Assembly (NCBI GenBank): GCA_023136205.1
Contig: JAGLRQ010000023.1
Coordinates: 18,419 to 50,418 of the forward strand
DNA from: Candidatus Auribacterota bacterium
GTDB lineage: Bacteria > Auribacterota > UBA6266
Direction of reading: 5' to 3'
Length of the DNA stretch: 32,000 nt
The notes below the pieces were generated by a model, which did no database searches, was not told the origin of the DNA, and saw only the letters and a program-made list of their open reading frames with translations. Positions 1-7,994 of this stretch are shown piece after piece. The position numbers and the translations under genes were made by a program. Position 1 is the stretch's first letter. Each line of letters opens with the position of its first letter.

Positions 1-1017
1 TTCTTTCTGCTGTTGGGAAAATCAAGAATAAACGGTTTTGATTTACCCGATAGAATATTGCGGGAAATATCAAGAATATCCGAGACAACGGCGCTTGCGG
101 TCGGTTTCTCCCCGGCCCCTAATCCATAATAAAGGATGTTACCCACAAAATCACCTTCAACCAGCACCGCATTGTAAGCCGCACTAACCGCGGCAAGCAT
201 GCTTTTTTCCTTTACCATAACAGGAGTCACACTGACTTCAATTCCGTCCTGCTTCTCCTTATAAACCGCAAGCAGTTTAATTACCAGCCCGAGCTCCCTT
301 GCATAGTCTATATCTATCTGCTCAACATTCTCTATGCCCTTGACATAAATATCTTTTAAGTCAATCCATTTACCCGAAGCAAGAGACGCCAGGAGAGCAA
401 TTTTATGAGCTGAATCCATACCTCTAACATCAAGTTTCGGGTTCGCTTCAGCATAACCTTCTTTTTGAGCAGCTTTTAATGCTTCCCTGTAAGAAATCCC
501 CTCATCCCGCATCCTCGATAAAATATAATTGGTGGTTCCGTTAATAATCGCGTGGATAGAATAAATCTTATTAGCCGCCAGGCCTTCTCTCAATCCTTTT
601 AATACCGGAATTCCACCGCCGACACTCGCTTCAAAAAATATCTCAGAATTATTTTTCGCGGCATGTTCGAAAAGCTCTTTGCCGTGTTCAGCAAGAAGGG
701 CTTTGTTCGCGGTCACAACCCTTTTGCCTTTTGAGAGAGCCTTCTTTATAAATTCTTTCGCGGGATGAATTCCCCCAATAAGCTCAACAACAATATCAAT
801 AGAATCATCTTCCAATATCAAATCAGGATTGGAAACAAGCATCCCTTTTGCAAGTTTTATCCCTCTGTTTGATTTGATATTCTTATCAGCCACTTTTACC
901 AGTTTAACAGAAATACCAATCTTTTTACTGAAAGCAGCACTGTTCTTAAGAAGATTTTTAACAACTCCCTTTCCAACCGTTCCAAAACCAATTATTCCAA
1001 CATTTATTTTCTTCATT
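1..1017 (-). CDS. hom: homoserine dehydrogenase, N-terminal ~339 codons (C-terminus lies beyond the window start)
   Basis: My own translation of the minus strand from the ATG at 1015-1017 gives MKKINVGIIGFGTVGKGVVKNL (Rossmann GxGxxG), VVTANKALLA, FEASVGGGIPV, INGTTNYIL and AEANPKLDVRGMDSAHK. The frame is open to the window edge, so it is absent from the ORF track. Track ORF 829-1038(+) is antisense to it. Confidence 0.85.
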
Positions 1018-1172
1018 TTTTACCTCGGTTTTACTTAAAACTAAAGACTAATCGAACATTTTATCATCTTTTTTGAAGATGACAAATACTTTTTATCCCA
1101 AAATTCGCATTAGAATGCGGATGAAGAGTGCAAATTCCGGGTTGAACCAAGGGCAGAGGATTCAGAATAAAG

Positions 1173-2681
1173 TTACCTTGAGCTTGTTTTCCCTTTCTCC
1201 TTGAGAACCCTGAGCAAAACCTTGTTCAAGTCCTCAATGCTGAACGGCTTTTTTATTGCAGCCAGAAAACCCATCTTCCTGTAATGGACAAGTGCGGGGT
1301 CATATGAATAGCCGCTGGTAATAACGGCTTTCACGTCAGGGTCAATCTTCTTTAACTCTTTTACTGTTTCTTTGCCGCCTATACCTTTTGAAACAGTAAG
1401 ATCCAAAATTACCAGATTGTAGGGGTTTTTTGATTTAAGAGCGGCTTTATACTTTAGTACGGCTTCTTTACCATTTTTCACCAGGTCAGCTTTACATCCT
1501 ATATACTCAAGCATCTCGCCGGCTATTTTTCTGACTATCGCTTCATCATCCATAAAGAGAATCCTGCATTTGACAGGATAAACCTTTTTTTCCCGGGGCG
1601 CTTCTTTAACCTTTCCGGATTCATCCGCCGGCAGATAAATACAAAAAGTTGTTCCTTTTCTGGCCTTTGAATCCACAGTAATCACCCCCGCGTGGTTGAG
1701 CACAACGGAATAAGAAACCGCAAGCCCCAACCCCCGCCCATTTTCCTTCGTTGTAAAATAGGGGTTAAATATCTTCCGGAGATTCTGTTTGCTTATACCA
1801 ACACCGTTATCCTTTATGGATATAACCACATACTTGCCGGCTTTAAGCGGAAGAATCCGGTCTTTTTTCACTACAGCATTTTTAATTTTTATTAATATTT
1901 TTCCACCCGCGGGCATTGCCTGCTCGGCATTTATAACCAGATTATTAATAACCTGGCTCACCTGCCCGTCATCCACTCTGACCGGCCATAAATCTTTCTG
2001 AACTTCAAAAGAGCATTTGACATTGCCTCCCCTCACCGAAATACTCGAGGTATCCTTGACCACATGGGAAATATTAATCGTTTTTCTTAAAGGCACGCCT
2101 CCCTTGGCAAAAGTCAGGAACTGTTGGGTAATCTTTCTCGCGCTCAGAGAAGCCTTCTCCGCTTCTTCAAGCAAATCCGTAAGCTTTTTCTTTCCGCCTG
2201 ACTCCATTTTCACAAGAGAAATGTTGCCGAGTATAGCTGTCAGGATATTGTTAAAGTCATGCGCGATACCGCCCGCAAGAATACCTATTGACTCAAGCCT
2301 CTGTGCTTTTAACATCTCTCTATATTTTATCTCAGTAATATCACATGCTTTCGCTTCGACAATTTTTCCGGCATCTGTAAAACTTTTATTGATAACGGCA
2401 TCGAGAATAACCCACTTATCCTTACCCGTCCGTGTCCTGAAATGATATTCCAGTCCACGAATTTCACCTTTCTCATCAAGCAGCTTACGTATTGACTTCT
2501 CCCCCTTCACAAGAACCATTACATTTTTTATCAGCTTGCCTTCCAGCTCTTTATGGCTAATACCCAAACCAAGCATTTCTACAAATCCGGGGTTCGCGTA
2601 CAATATTTCTCCTTTATCAAAGGTATACTGACAGACCCCGCATTTTGTAAACTCGAGCAGTCTTTTGTACAAATCTTTCAT
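1173..2681 (-). CDS. soluble hybrid sensor histidine kinase / response regulator (PAS - HisKA - HATPase - REC)
   Basis: 502 aa with an N-terminal PAS-like region. H-box GGIAHDFNNILTAILG, N-box NLVINAEQAM, G1 DNGVGI, G2 GRGLGLAV, then a C-terminal receiver (ILFMDDE ... ILDLTV ... IKKPF). No obvious TM segment. Confidence 0.9.
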   Translation of the reverse strand: MKDLYKRLLEFTKCGVCQYTFDKGEILYANPGFVEMLGLGISHKELEGKLIKNVMVLVKGEKSIRKLLDEKGEIRGLEYHFRTRTGKDKWVILDAVINKSFTDAGKIVEAKACDITEIKYREMLKAQRLESIGILAGGIAHDFNNILTAILGNISLVKMESGGKKKLTDLLEEAEKASLSARKITQQFLTFAKGGVPLRKTINISHVVKDTSSISVRGGNVKCSFEVQKDLWPVRVDDGQVSQVINNLVINAEQAMPAGGKILIKIKNAVVKKDRILPLKAGKYVVISIKDNGVGISKQNLRKIFNPYFTTKENGRGLGLAVSYSVVLNHAGVITVDSKARKGTTFCIYLPADESGKVKEAPREKKVYPVKCRILFMDDEAIVRKIAGEMLEYIGCKADLVKNGKEAVLKYKAALKSKNPYNLVILDLTVSKGIGGKETVKELKKIDPDVKAVITSGYSYDPALVHYRKMGFLAAIKKPFSIEDLNKVLLRVLKEKGKTSSR

Positions 2682-2703
2682 GGGTTCCCTTTATTGAAAA
2701 TTT

Positions 2704-3372
2704 TCATTCAACTTTACCGATTGGCATAATGTATAAAGGTGTTTCTTCAAAAGGCATACCAATGATTTTCTTTACCTCTTTATCCGTAAACGCTCCAACA
2801 GCAACCGTGCTCAGGCCAAGAGACTCCGCCTGAAGATATATGTTTTCAGAAGCATGGCCTGCTTCCATATCAACATACCTTACGCCTCTTTTTCCATATC
2901 TGTTGGTAACTCTATTGTAAACAGCGGAAAATACAATAACAACCGATCCTTCCGCAACACAGCTTTGCCCGAATGATGCTGAAGACAAATCCTTCCTTAC
3001 ATCTTTTCTGCCGGTTTGTATCAATTCATGTTTTTTAGGATCGTACCTATAAATTCCCTCGGACAAACCTTCGACATTGCCGACCACCACATATACCATA
3101 AGCGGATAAGATGCTCCGGCGGACGGAGCTGCCCTGTAACCTTTCTTTTTTCCAGTAATACCCTGTGCCGCCCACAGTATCTGAGACACATCTTTAAGGG
3201 TTACGGCCCCATAAGAAAAATTTCTTACAGACCTTCTGTTAGAAATAGCTTTTTCTATGGAATGCGTACTATCAAGGGAAGGCTTTGGAAGGGTTACTAC
3301 AATCCCCGCTTTCGCGCTGCTGCCAGCCATAAAAATAACTCCCGTTATAAGAAGTTTAAAAAAAAGAGACAT
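2704..3372 (-). CDS. SagB/ThcOx-type nitroreductase-family dehydrogenase with N-terminal signal/anchor sequence
   Basis: 222 aa with a hydrophobic N-terminus (LLITGVIFMAGSSAKA). Nitroreductase-fold motifs follow: AISNRRSVRNF, ILWAAQGITG, YVDMEAGHASENIYLQAESLGL. Confidence 0.75.
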   Translation of the reverse strand: MSLFFKLLITGVIFMAGSSAKAGIVVTLPKPSLDSTHSIEKAISNRRSVRNFSYGAVTLKDVSQILWAAQGITGKKKGYRAAPSAGASYPLMVYVVVGNVEGLSEGIYRYDPKKHELIQTGRKDVRKDLSSASFGQSCVAEGSVVIVFSAVYNRVTNRYGKRGVRYVDMEAGHASENIYLQAESLGLSTVAVGAFTDKEVKKIIGMPFEETPLYIMPIGKVE

Positions 3373-3531
3373 AATATCACCCTCCTTTTTTAATAATACC
3401 TAAGCCACGTATTATATCACAAATAGATATTATTTTTCTTGAGCCCTTTTACTTTACTTATGTATGACGTCAAGACCTGACACTATTTACCCTATTGAAT
3501 TAAATAGAAACGTCCCCTTTTCCTTCCTTGA

Positions 3532-4353
3532 TCATAGTTTGTCTATAAAATTCAGCGCTTCTCTTAGGACTTTTCCATCACACAAACCATGACCCATCCC
3601 CGGAACGTCAATTAATTTGGCATTGAATTTCTTTTTGGTATAACCATTGTGGTATACATCCAGTATATCCCCATGCCGCCAATCAGATTTTCCCGTAATT
3701 AATACGAATTTTACATTCCTTTTAGCCCTGTTAGAATGTGTTGGTTTAGGAATATCATATGCATATTCACCGTTAGTTGTTGAATATGTTTGCTTAACTT
3801 TTTTATAAAAGTTTGCCCCGCAAATAGGTATAGCACCTGAGAACAAATCGGAATGTAAAAAAGCCAGAGTAGAAGCAGTTCGACCTCCTCCTGACAAACC
3901 GGAGATATAAATCCTATCCCTGTTTACCTTAAACATCTCCATCATTTTATAGACACCTACCACAGTCAAACTCATCCTATGGTCAATATCATGATTGTTG
4001 CCCACTCTTTGCGGAGCAATAAAAAGAAGTTGCTTTTCTTTTATGATATTTTTCCAACTCGCCGGAATTTTCATATTGTCATCCGAATTAATAAATGCCA
4101 GAACTCCAAACGGTTTTGTACCATCATAGTTTTTAGGGACGTAAATATAAAATTTCTCGTTTTTCAAAGTATAAGAATAATTCAAATAAGAATGCTTCTT
4201 TTTAACCTTTGGCAATTTACCTTTAAAGGAATGAACTGTATCCATCTCTGAGAAAACCAATGAGGAAAGAATAAAATACACACCTAAAAAACTTAGGCAG
4301 GGAGAAACAAGTTTATTCATTTTCTTAATACTTATCACTTTTATTGCATTCAT
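3532..4353 (-). CDS. secreted alpha/beta-hydrolase (esterase / PHB-depolymerase-like)
   Basis: 273 aa with a signal-peptide-like N-terminus (alternative ATG at 4320 gives MNKLVSPCLSFLGVYFILSSLVFS). GxSxG nucleophile elbow GLSGGG, with later acidic and His (GMGHG) residues consistent with a catalytic triad. Confidence 0.7.
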   Translation of the reverse strand: MNAIKVISIKKMNKLVSPCLSFLGVYFILSSLVFSEMDTVHSFKGKLPKVKKKHSYLNYSYTLKNEKFYIYVPKNYDGTKPFGVLAFINSDDNMKIPASWKNIIKEKQLLFIAPQRVGNNHDIDHRMSLTVVGVYKMMEMFKVNRDRIYISGLSGGGRTASTLAFLHSDLFSGAIPICGANFYKKVKQTYSTTNGEYAYDIPKPTHSNRAKRNVKFVLITGKSDWRHGDILDVYHNGYTKKKFNAKLIDVPGMGHGLCDGKVLREALNFIDKL

Positions 4354-4408
4354 AACAGCATCTCCTTAGAAAGCTAACTCCGCACCTTATCGCTACACTA
4401 TTTACTAC

Positions 4409-4942
4409 CTACCGGACTCTTTTTACAGTTAATATATCTGATGCAGTGTAATAAAATGGGAGATTCACAAATTTGCAACCTTCTTTAACGGCCTTATTGG
4501 GAAGAGCAAGAACAACTATTTGAAAGTCAACCCCTATACCCGCGCCTTCTTTTTCTCCGATATAAATTCCGCCCTCAAATCTACCATCCTGAGATACCAC
4601 AGGCTTTGATTGTGCCCACCACCATTTGACGTGAGAAAGCGGCTTTACAAAAGGGACTAACTCCACTTGCTTTTCCTGCAAGGCAAGGTTAACTCTCGAA
4701 TTAGATTCAACCTGCGCCGCCGTAGTGCGAAAATCAACATTCCCGCTAATTTTCACTATATAACCGGATACCTCAGCGCCATTTTCAGGTTCTGAAAGTT
4801 TAACATTTATTATCCAATTCTTAGCCATAGAAGCGAGTTTCTCAACTCGCTTAACCCGCAGAAAAGTATAAATAGATATAATAGAGGCAAAAATACCCAG
4901 GATTAGCCCGGACGAGCTAACAATTTCCCATAATTTCATCAT
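4409..4942 (-). CDS. hypothetical protein, N-terminal TM anchor plus beta-rich C-terminal domain
   Basis: 177 aa with one N-terminal hydrophobic helix (GLILGIFASIISIYTFL). I recognise no catalytic motif. The ORF is clean, non-overlapping and co-oriented with its neighbours. Confidence 0.6.
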   Translation of the reverse strand: MMKLWEIVSSSGLILGIFASIISIYTFLRVKRVEKLASMAKNWIINVKLSEPENGAEVSGYIVKISGNVDFRTTAAQVESNSRVNLALQEKQVELVPFVKPLSHVKWWWAQSKPVVSQDGRFEGGIYIGEKEGAGIGVDFQIVVLALPNKAVKEGCKFVNLPFYYTASDILTVKRVR

Positions 4943-4995
4943 ATTTTCTATCCCTATCCCAATTTAAATAAAAACAGTCTGGTTCCAACACAATT

Positions 4996-5045
4996 AAACG
5001 GTAAATTGGTTAATTATTTAATCACCAATTAACCATTCACCGTTT
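4996..5045. repeat. 19-20 bp imperfect AT-rich inverted repeat (possible intrinsic terminator or operator between two operons)
   Basis: Left arm aaacggtaaattggttaatt (4996-5015), 11-nt spacer, right arm aattaaccattcaccgttt (5027-5045), with one indel and one mismatch. On the minus-strand RNA the hairpin is followed by AAUUGUGUU. Confidence 0.5.
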
Positions 5046-5126
5046 TAAACGACCTGTCCACAATTATTGAACGAAGTTTGAGTTTATTTTGAAAACAATT
5101 TCCATCCTTGTCCCGTTTCGCGGGAT

Positions 5127-5456
5127 TTATGAATCAAGAGGATTAAAATTATCTCTTTTTTGCTTAATTCTTAGTTCAACACTTCGATTTATCTTCTCTT
5201 TTGTTTCTTCACCTATATGCGTAAACTTCAACTTATTAATCATTTCTTTCAAATTATGTTCTAAAACCAGTTTTCCAAAAGCTTCATCAAGAAAAGAAGG
5301 AGTCACAAGTTTAACTCCCTCAAAGGACACTTCAATATCACCCTTATCCCAATTTTCAAGAACCATCTCCCTGATAGCTTGCCCACCCTTCTTTTGAGGG
5401 CTATCAATTCGCTGAGAACAGTATTCGCCAATTATTTCTTGTATTTTTATCAACAT
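5127..5456 (-). CDS. STAS-like protein (DUF4325-type)
   Basis: 109 aa. The motif GGQAIREMV ... IEVSFEGVKLVTPSFLDEAFGKL matches my memory of the DUF4325/STAS-like signature (ld-F-gV..is.SFldE.fg). AAGGA SD lies 8 nt upstream of the ATG, and the gene starts 10 nt after the stop of the upstream kinase gene. Confidence 0.7.
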   Translation of the reverse strand: MLIKIQEIIGEYCSQRIDSPQKKGGQAIREMVLENWDKGDIEVSFEGVKLVTPSFLDEAFGKLVLEHNLKEMINKLKFTHIGEETKEKINRSVELRIKQKRDNFNPLDS

Positions 5457-5466
5457 AAAACAATCC

Positions 5467-6423
5467 TTACCTAATTAACTTATAATCTTCAGGAATAGGC
5501 TCTGACTTAAAAAATATCTTACTTCCCGGCTTGCTGTTTATTGTAGCATCAATGAAAGTTCCAGGGAATTTAAAATCCAGCCTTTCAATGTTTTTTACAA
5601 CTTTTGATTTAGCCCCGCTATATGTAATTATCTCTTCATAAAACCCGTTACCGGAAATTATTATGAATTCTCCTCCAACAAAGTTAATAAACTCTCTAAA
5701 CTCTGACAATCCAACTCCGGAATTTTCACGGCCTAAAGTTCCGGTTACCCCTCTAACTAAGGCTCTTTTAATTGCAAATGTAGAATCTAATTGTATCAAA
5801 TCATTAAATTTTCTTGCTAAATGATTCTTTATGCCTATTCCCAAATCGCTTATGCAGACTCTTACTCTGTGAGTTTTTTGATATCCCTGCCCCAAAACAA
5901 AACAACCGGTTTTGGAACCACTATGCTGTTGAACATTTAAAATTAATTCAGCTAAACTTTCATGTATATGGTTACAAACATTAGAAGATAATTTTAATTC
6001 CTTTTCAATAATATTAATGAGCTGCTCTATTTCATAGTCATCAGGAAAATCAAACCGTCTAATTTTATAAATATACGTTCCATTATGCTGCGGCGCCTTG
6101 CCATTCAAATAGGATTTAACTCCAACAAACTCACAAAAGCCGCATTCTGAAAGGAAATTTGATACTTCTTTGTCTTTTGGATATATATGGGATATCTTAG
6201 ACTCTCGAACAGCCATTAAATATTTGCCCACCGCGGATAAAATATTTACACCAGAAGGATATATAAACTCTAATTCCGAAAAATTCAGACAAATTTCTTC
6301 CCCATGTTCGACACTTAACATTTCTTTTATACAATTCATTACTTGTTTAGTGTCAGCATTTAAACCTAATCCGAATCTACCAGATAACTTTAATTCCATT
6401 TTTTTGCCTTTATAACAATGCAC
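5467..6423 (-). CDS. STAS-like domain fused to SpoIIAB/RsbW-type GHKL serine-protein-kinase/ATPase domain
   Basis: 318 aa in the track (GTG start). ATG at 6399 (MELKLSG..., preceded by AAAGG) is more likely. The N-terminus has LNFSELEFIYPSGVNIL (STAS-like). The C-terminus has N-box AELILNVQQH (E-x3-N-x3-H), G1 ISDLGIGI and G2 NSGVGLSEF. There is no H-box/DHp, so this is not a histidine kinase. Confidence 0.75.
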   Translation of the reverse strand: MHCYKGKKMELKLSGRFGLGLNADTKQVMNCIKEMLSVEHGEEICLNFSELEFIYPSGVNILSAVGKYLMAVRESKISHIYPKDKEVSNFLSECGFCEFVGVKSYLNGKAPQHNGTYIYKIRRFDFPDDYEIEQLINIIEKELKLSSNVCNHIHESLAELILNVQQHSGSKTGCFVLGQGYQKTHRVRVCISDLGIGIKNHLARKFNDLIQLDSTFAIKRALVRGVTGTLGRENSGVGLSEFREFINFVGGEFIIISGNGFYEEIITYSGAKSKVVKNIERLDFKFPGTFIDATINSKPGSKIFFKSEPIPEDYKLIR

Positions 6424-6440
6424 AAATTACAATAGCCCGC

Positions 6441-6468
6441 ATTATATGCAAAGTTTTGAAAAAAACAA
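6441..6468 (-). promoter_or_regulatory. candidate sigma70-type promoter for the STAS-kinase operon
   Basis: Minus strand reads TTGTTT - 16 nt - TATAAT (TATAAT = complement of 6441-6446). This would place the TSS about 35 nt upstream of the ATG at 6399. It is a sequence match only. Confidence 0.25.
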
Positions 6469-6597
6469 ATAATTTATTATTCATTTTTACCATTCTGCTT
6501 GCACCGTAATGAACTTTGCTTTACGTCAGGGGCTTGTGCAGAATAGCAAAATCTTTTCCCACCCCTTTTCCACTTCGCGGAATTTGATGCAAATCGA

Positions 6598-6876
6598 TTA
6601 TTCTAATTCAATTCTTTCTATTTCTCCAAGTGGAATACCAATACGGTTTTTAAGTTGAATTTCCATCTCTTCTAAGAGATACTCCGGAGCTCTTAGAACA
6701 CCAATTGTATCACTTTCTCCTTTTAAAATAATCTTATTCCCTTCTTGTTTAATTTCTCCAAGTTTTTCTCCAAAATCAGGTTGTTCAAAACCACTATTCC
6801 CTTTATTGAAAAATTTTGACCCTCTATTAAAATCAAGTTCTATTTCAGGATGATTACCAATGATATATTTCTTCAT
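6598..6876 (-). CDS. hypothetical 92-aa protein
   Basis: Clean ORF, co-oriented, sitting between the HNH gene and the STAS-kinase operon. I recognise no motif. Confidence 0.5.
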   Translation of the reverse strand: MKKYIIGNHPEIELDFNRGSKFFNKGNSGFEQPDFGEKLGEIKQEGNKIILKGESDTIGVLRAPEYLLEEMEIQLKNRIGIPLGEIERIELE

Positions 6877-6942
6877 CTTTTTTCCTTTTTGAGCTTTTAC
6901 CTATTTTTTTATGTGATATTCTCAATCTCGATCCTCAATCTT

Positions 6943-7713
6943 TTATTTTTTATAGATTTTATTGTAATGATATTCAACGTACTCTTTTTTAGGGGCAGGA
7001 GGTATAAAAGTAAATATTTTATTGTGCTCTTTGTCTACCACTGCTTCACAATCTTCAGGAAATATAGCAATCTCACCGTAGTCAAATAAAACATGATGGT
7101 TAGGGCAGAGTACCAACATATTTGCTTTTATATCTGGCCCATCATGACCCAATGGTTTAATATGGTGAGTTTCTGCATATCCCTTTCCTTCTATACTTAA
7201 TCTAGTACCACATATTTGGCACTGGCAATTCCGGTCTTCTTTAACCTTATTAGATAACGCAGTATCGCGAACCGACCTTGTAATTGTAGTAGTAGTCTTC
7301 TCAGGAGGATATTCTTCCATAAATTCTGGTTTAGGTTGTTCTATAATTTCAACATAATTAGATATTTTGTTATAAGCGTCATTAATTTTTTTGTCTGAGA
7401 TAGAAAAAGTTCCATCTCGATTCTCCGTCAATATTCCTTGTCTTTGAAGTAATCCCTGTTTAGCTGCATCAATATGATGTTTCCAAATCGAATAGTTTCC
7501 TCTATTCATAGGTTTACAATCTTCATTGTTTAAGATATTTAGTGATTTAATAACATATTTTTTAAACTTAGATGATTGGTATCTTTCATTCTTGACTATC
7601 ATGTAGATTAGAATCAGGTTTTCAAAGTAATTTGTGCGTATTTGAGAATTATGATTTCTTTGCGGATTGTTGATATATTTTTCTCCCTTTGGAGTTATCT
7701 GGTAGTTAATCAT
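6943..7713 (-). CDS. HNH endonuclease with N-terminal winged-helix-like region (McrA-like / type IV restriction-like)
   Basis: 256 aa. The C-terminus has CQCQICG ... ETHHIKPLGHDGPDIKANMLVLCPNHHVLFDYG (CxxC ... HH ... N ... CPNHH zinc-finger HNH signature). The N-terminal half has wHTH-like segments (ITPKGEKYI, QGLLQRQGILTENRDGTFSIS). Confidence 0.85.
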   Translation of the reverse strand: MINYQITPKGEKYINNPQRNHNSQIRTNYFENLILIYMIVKNERYQSSKFKKYVIKSLNILNNEDCKPMNRGNYSIWKHHIDAAKQGLLQRQGILTENRDGTFSISDKKINDAYNKISNYVEIIEQPKPEFMEEYPPEKTTTTITRSVRDTALSNKVKEDRNCQCQICGTRLSIEGKGYAETHHIKPLGHDGPDIKANMLVLCPNHHVLFDYGEIAIFPEDCEAVVDKEHNKIFTFIPPAPKKEYVEYHYNKIYKK

Positions 7714-7994
7714 TTATTCACCTGTTTATTCTTGTTAGCTGTCCTATCAGAAAAATCAAGAGGAATTAACCTGTCCTTTCTGGCCCTTGCAATCTTGATT
7801 ATACCCTTCTCCTCAAGCTCCAGCAACCCCAAAGAAATTGATTCCAAATTTAGGAATTTCAAAAATGGTTTTTTCCTGTTCACGAGTTTGGATTTTACAA
7901 CAGGTATTGTAATGAAGTTGATTAAATGTGTTTGGATGCGAGATATGCGACTGAGGGTTCCGTTTAAGAAAATAGGGACAGTCCACCCGCTCAC
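7710..7994 (-). CDS. small winged-helix-like ORF overlapping the HNH gene start (ATGA); start codon and reality uncertain
   Basis: 94 aa from a GTG start. The C-terminal part FLKFLNLESISLGLLELEEKGIIKIARARKDRLIP resembles a MarR/PadR-type recognition helix plus wing. Its stop overlaps the HNH ATG (7710-7713). The GTG lies inside the loop of the hairpin at 7967-8024. Confidence 0.4.
   Translation of the reverse strand: MSGWTVPIFLNGTLSRISRIQTHLINFITIPVVKSKLVNRKKPFLKFLNLESISLGLLELEEKGIIKIARARKDRLIPLDFSDRTANKNKQVNK

Noticed and set aside
829-1038. 69-aa plus-strand track ORF.
   Set aside because: It lies entirely antisense to the well-supported hom coding frame. It is low-complexity and hydrophobic with no SD, so it is a shadow ORF.
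1106-1119. Short hairpin cgcat-taga-atgcg followed by AAUUUUGGG on the minus-strand RNA, considered as a terminator between the kinase gene and hom.
   Set aside because: The stem is only 5-6 bp and the U-run is weak and interrupted. That is not enough to call a terminator.
1173-2681. Hybrid histidine kinase as part of a novel system.
   Set aside because: Its architecture (PAS-HisKA-HATPase-REC) is very common. It lies in the housekeeping-like part of the window with no unusual partner apart from the SagB-type gene, which is noted separately.
5089-5397. 102-aa plus-strand ORF overlapping the DUF4325-like gene.
   Set aside because: It is antisense to an ORF with a recognisable family motif and SD. 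Its translation is a Ser/Phe/Leu-rich low-complexity string.
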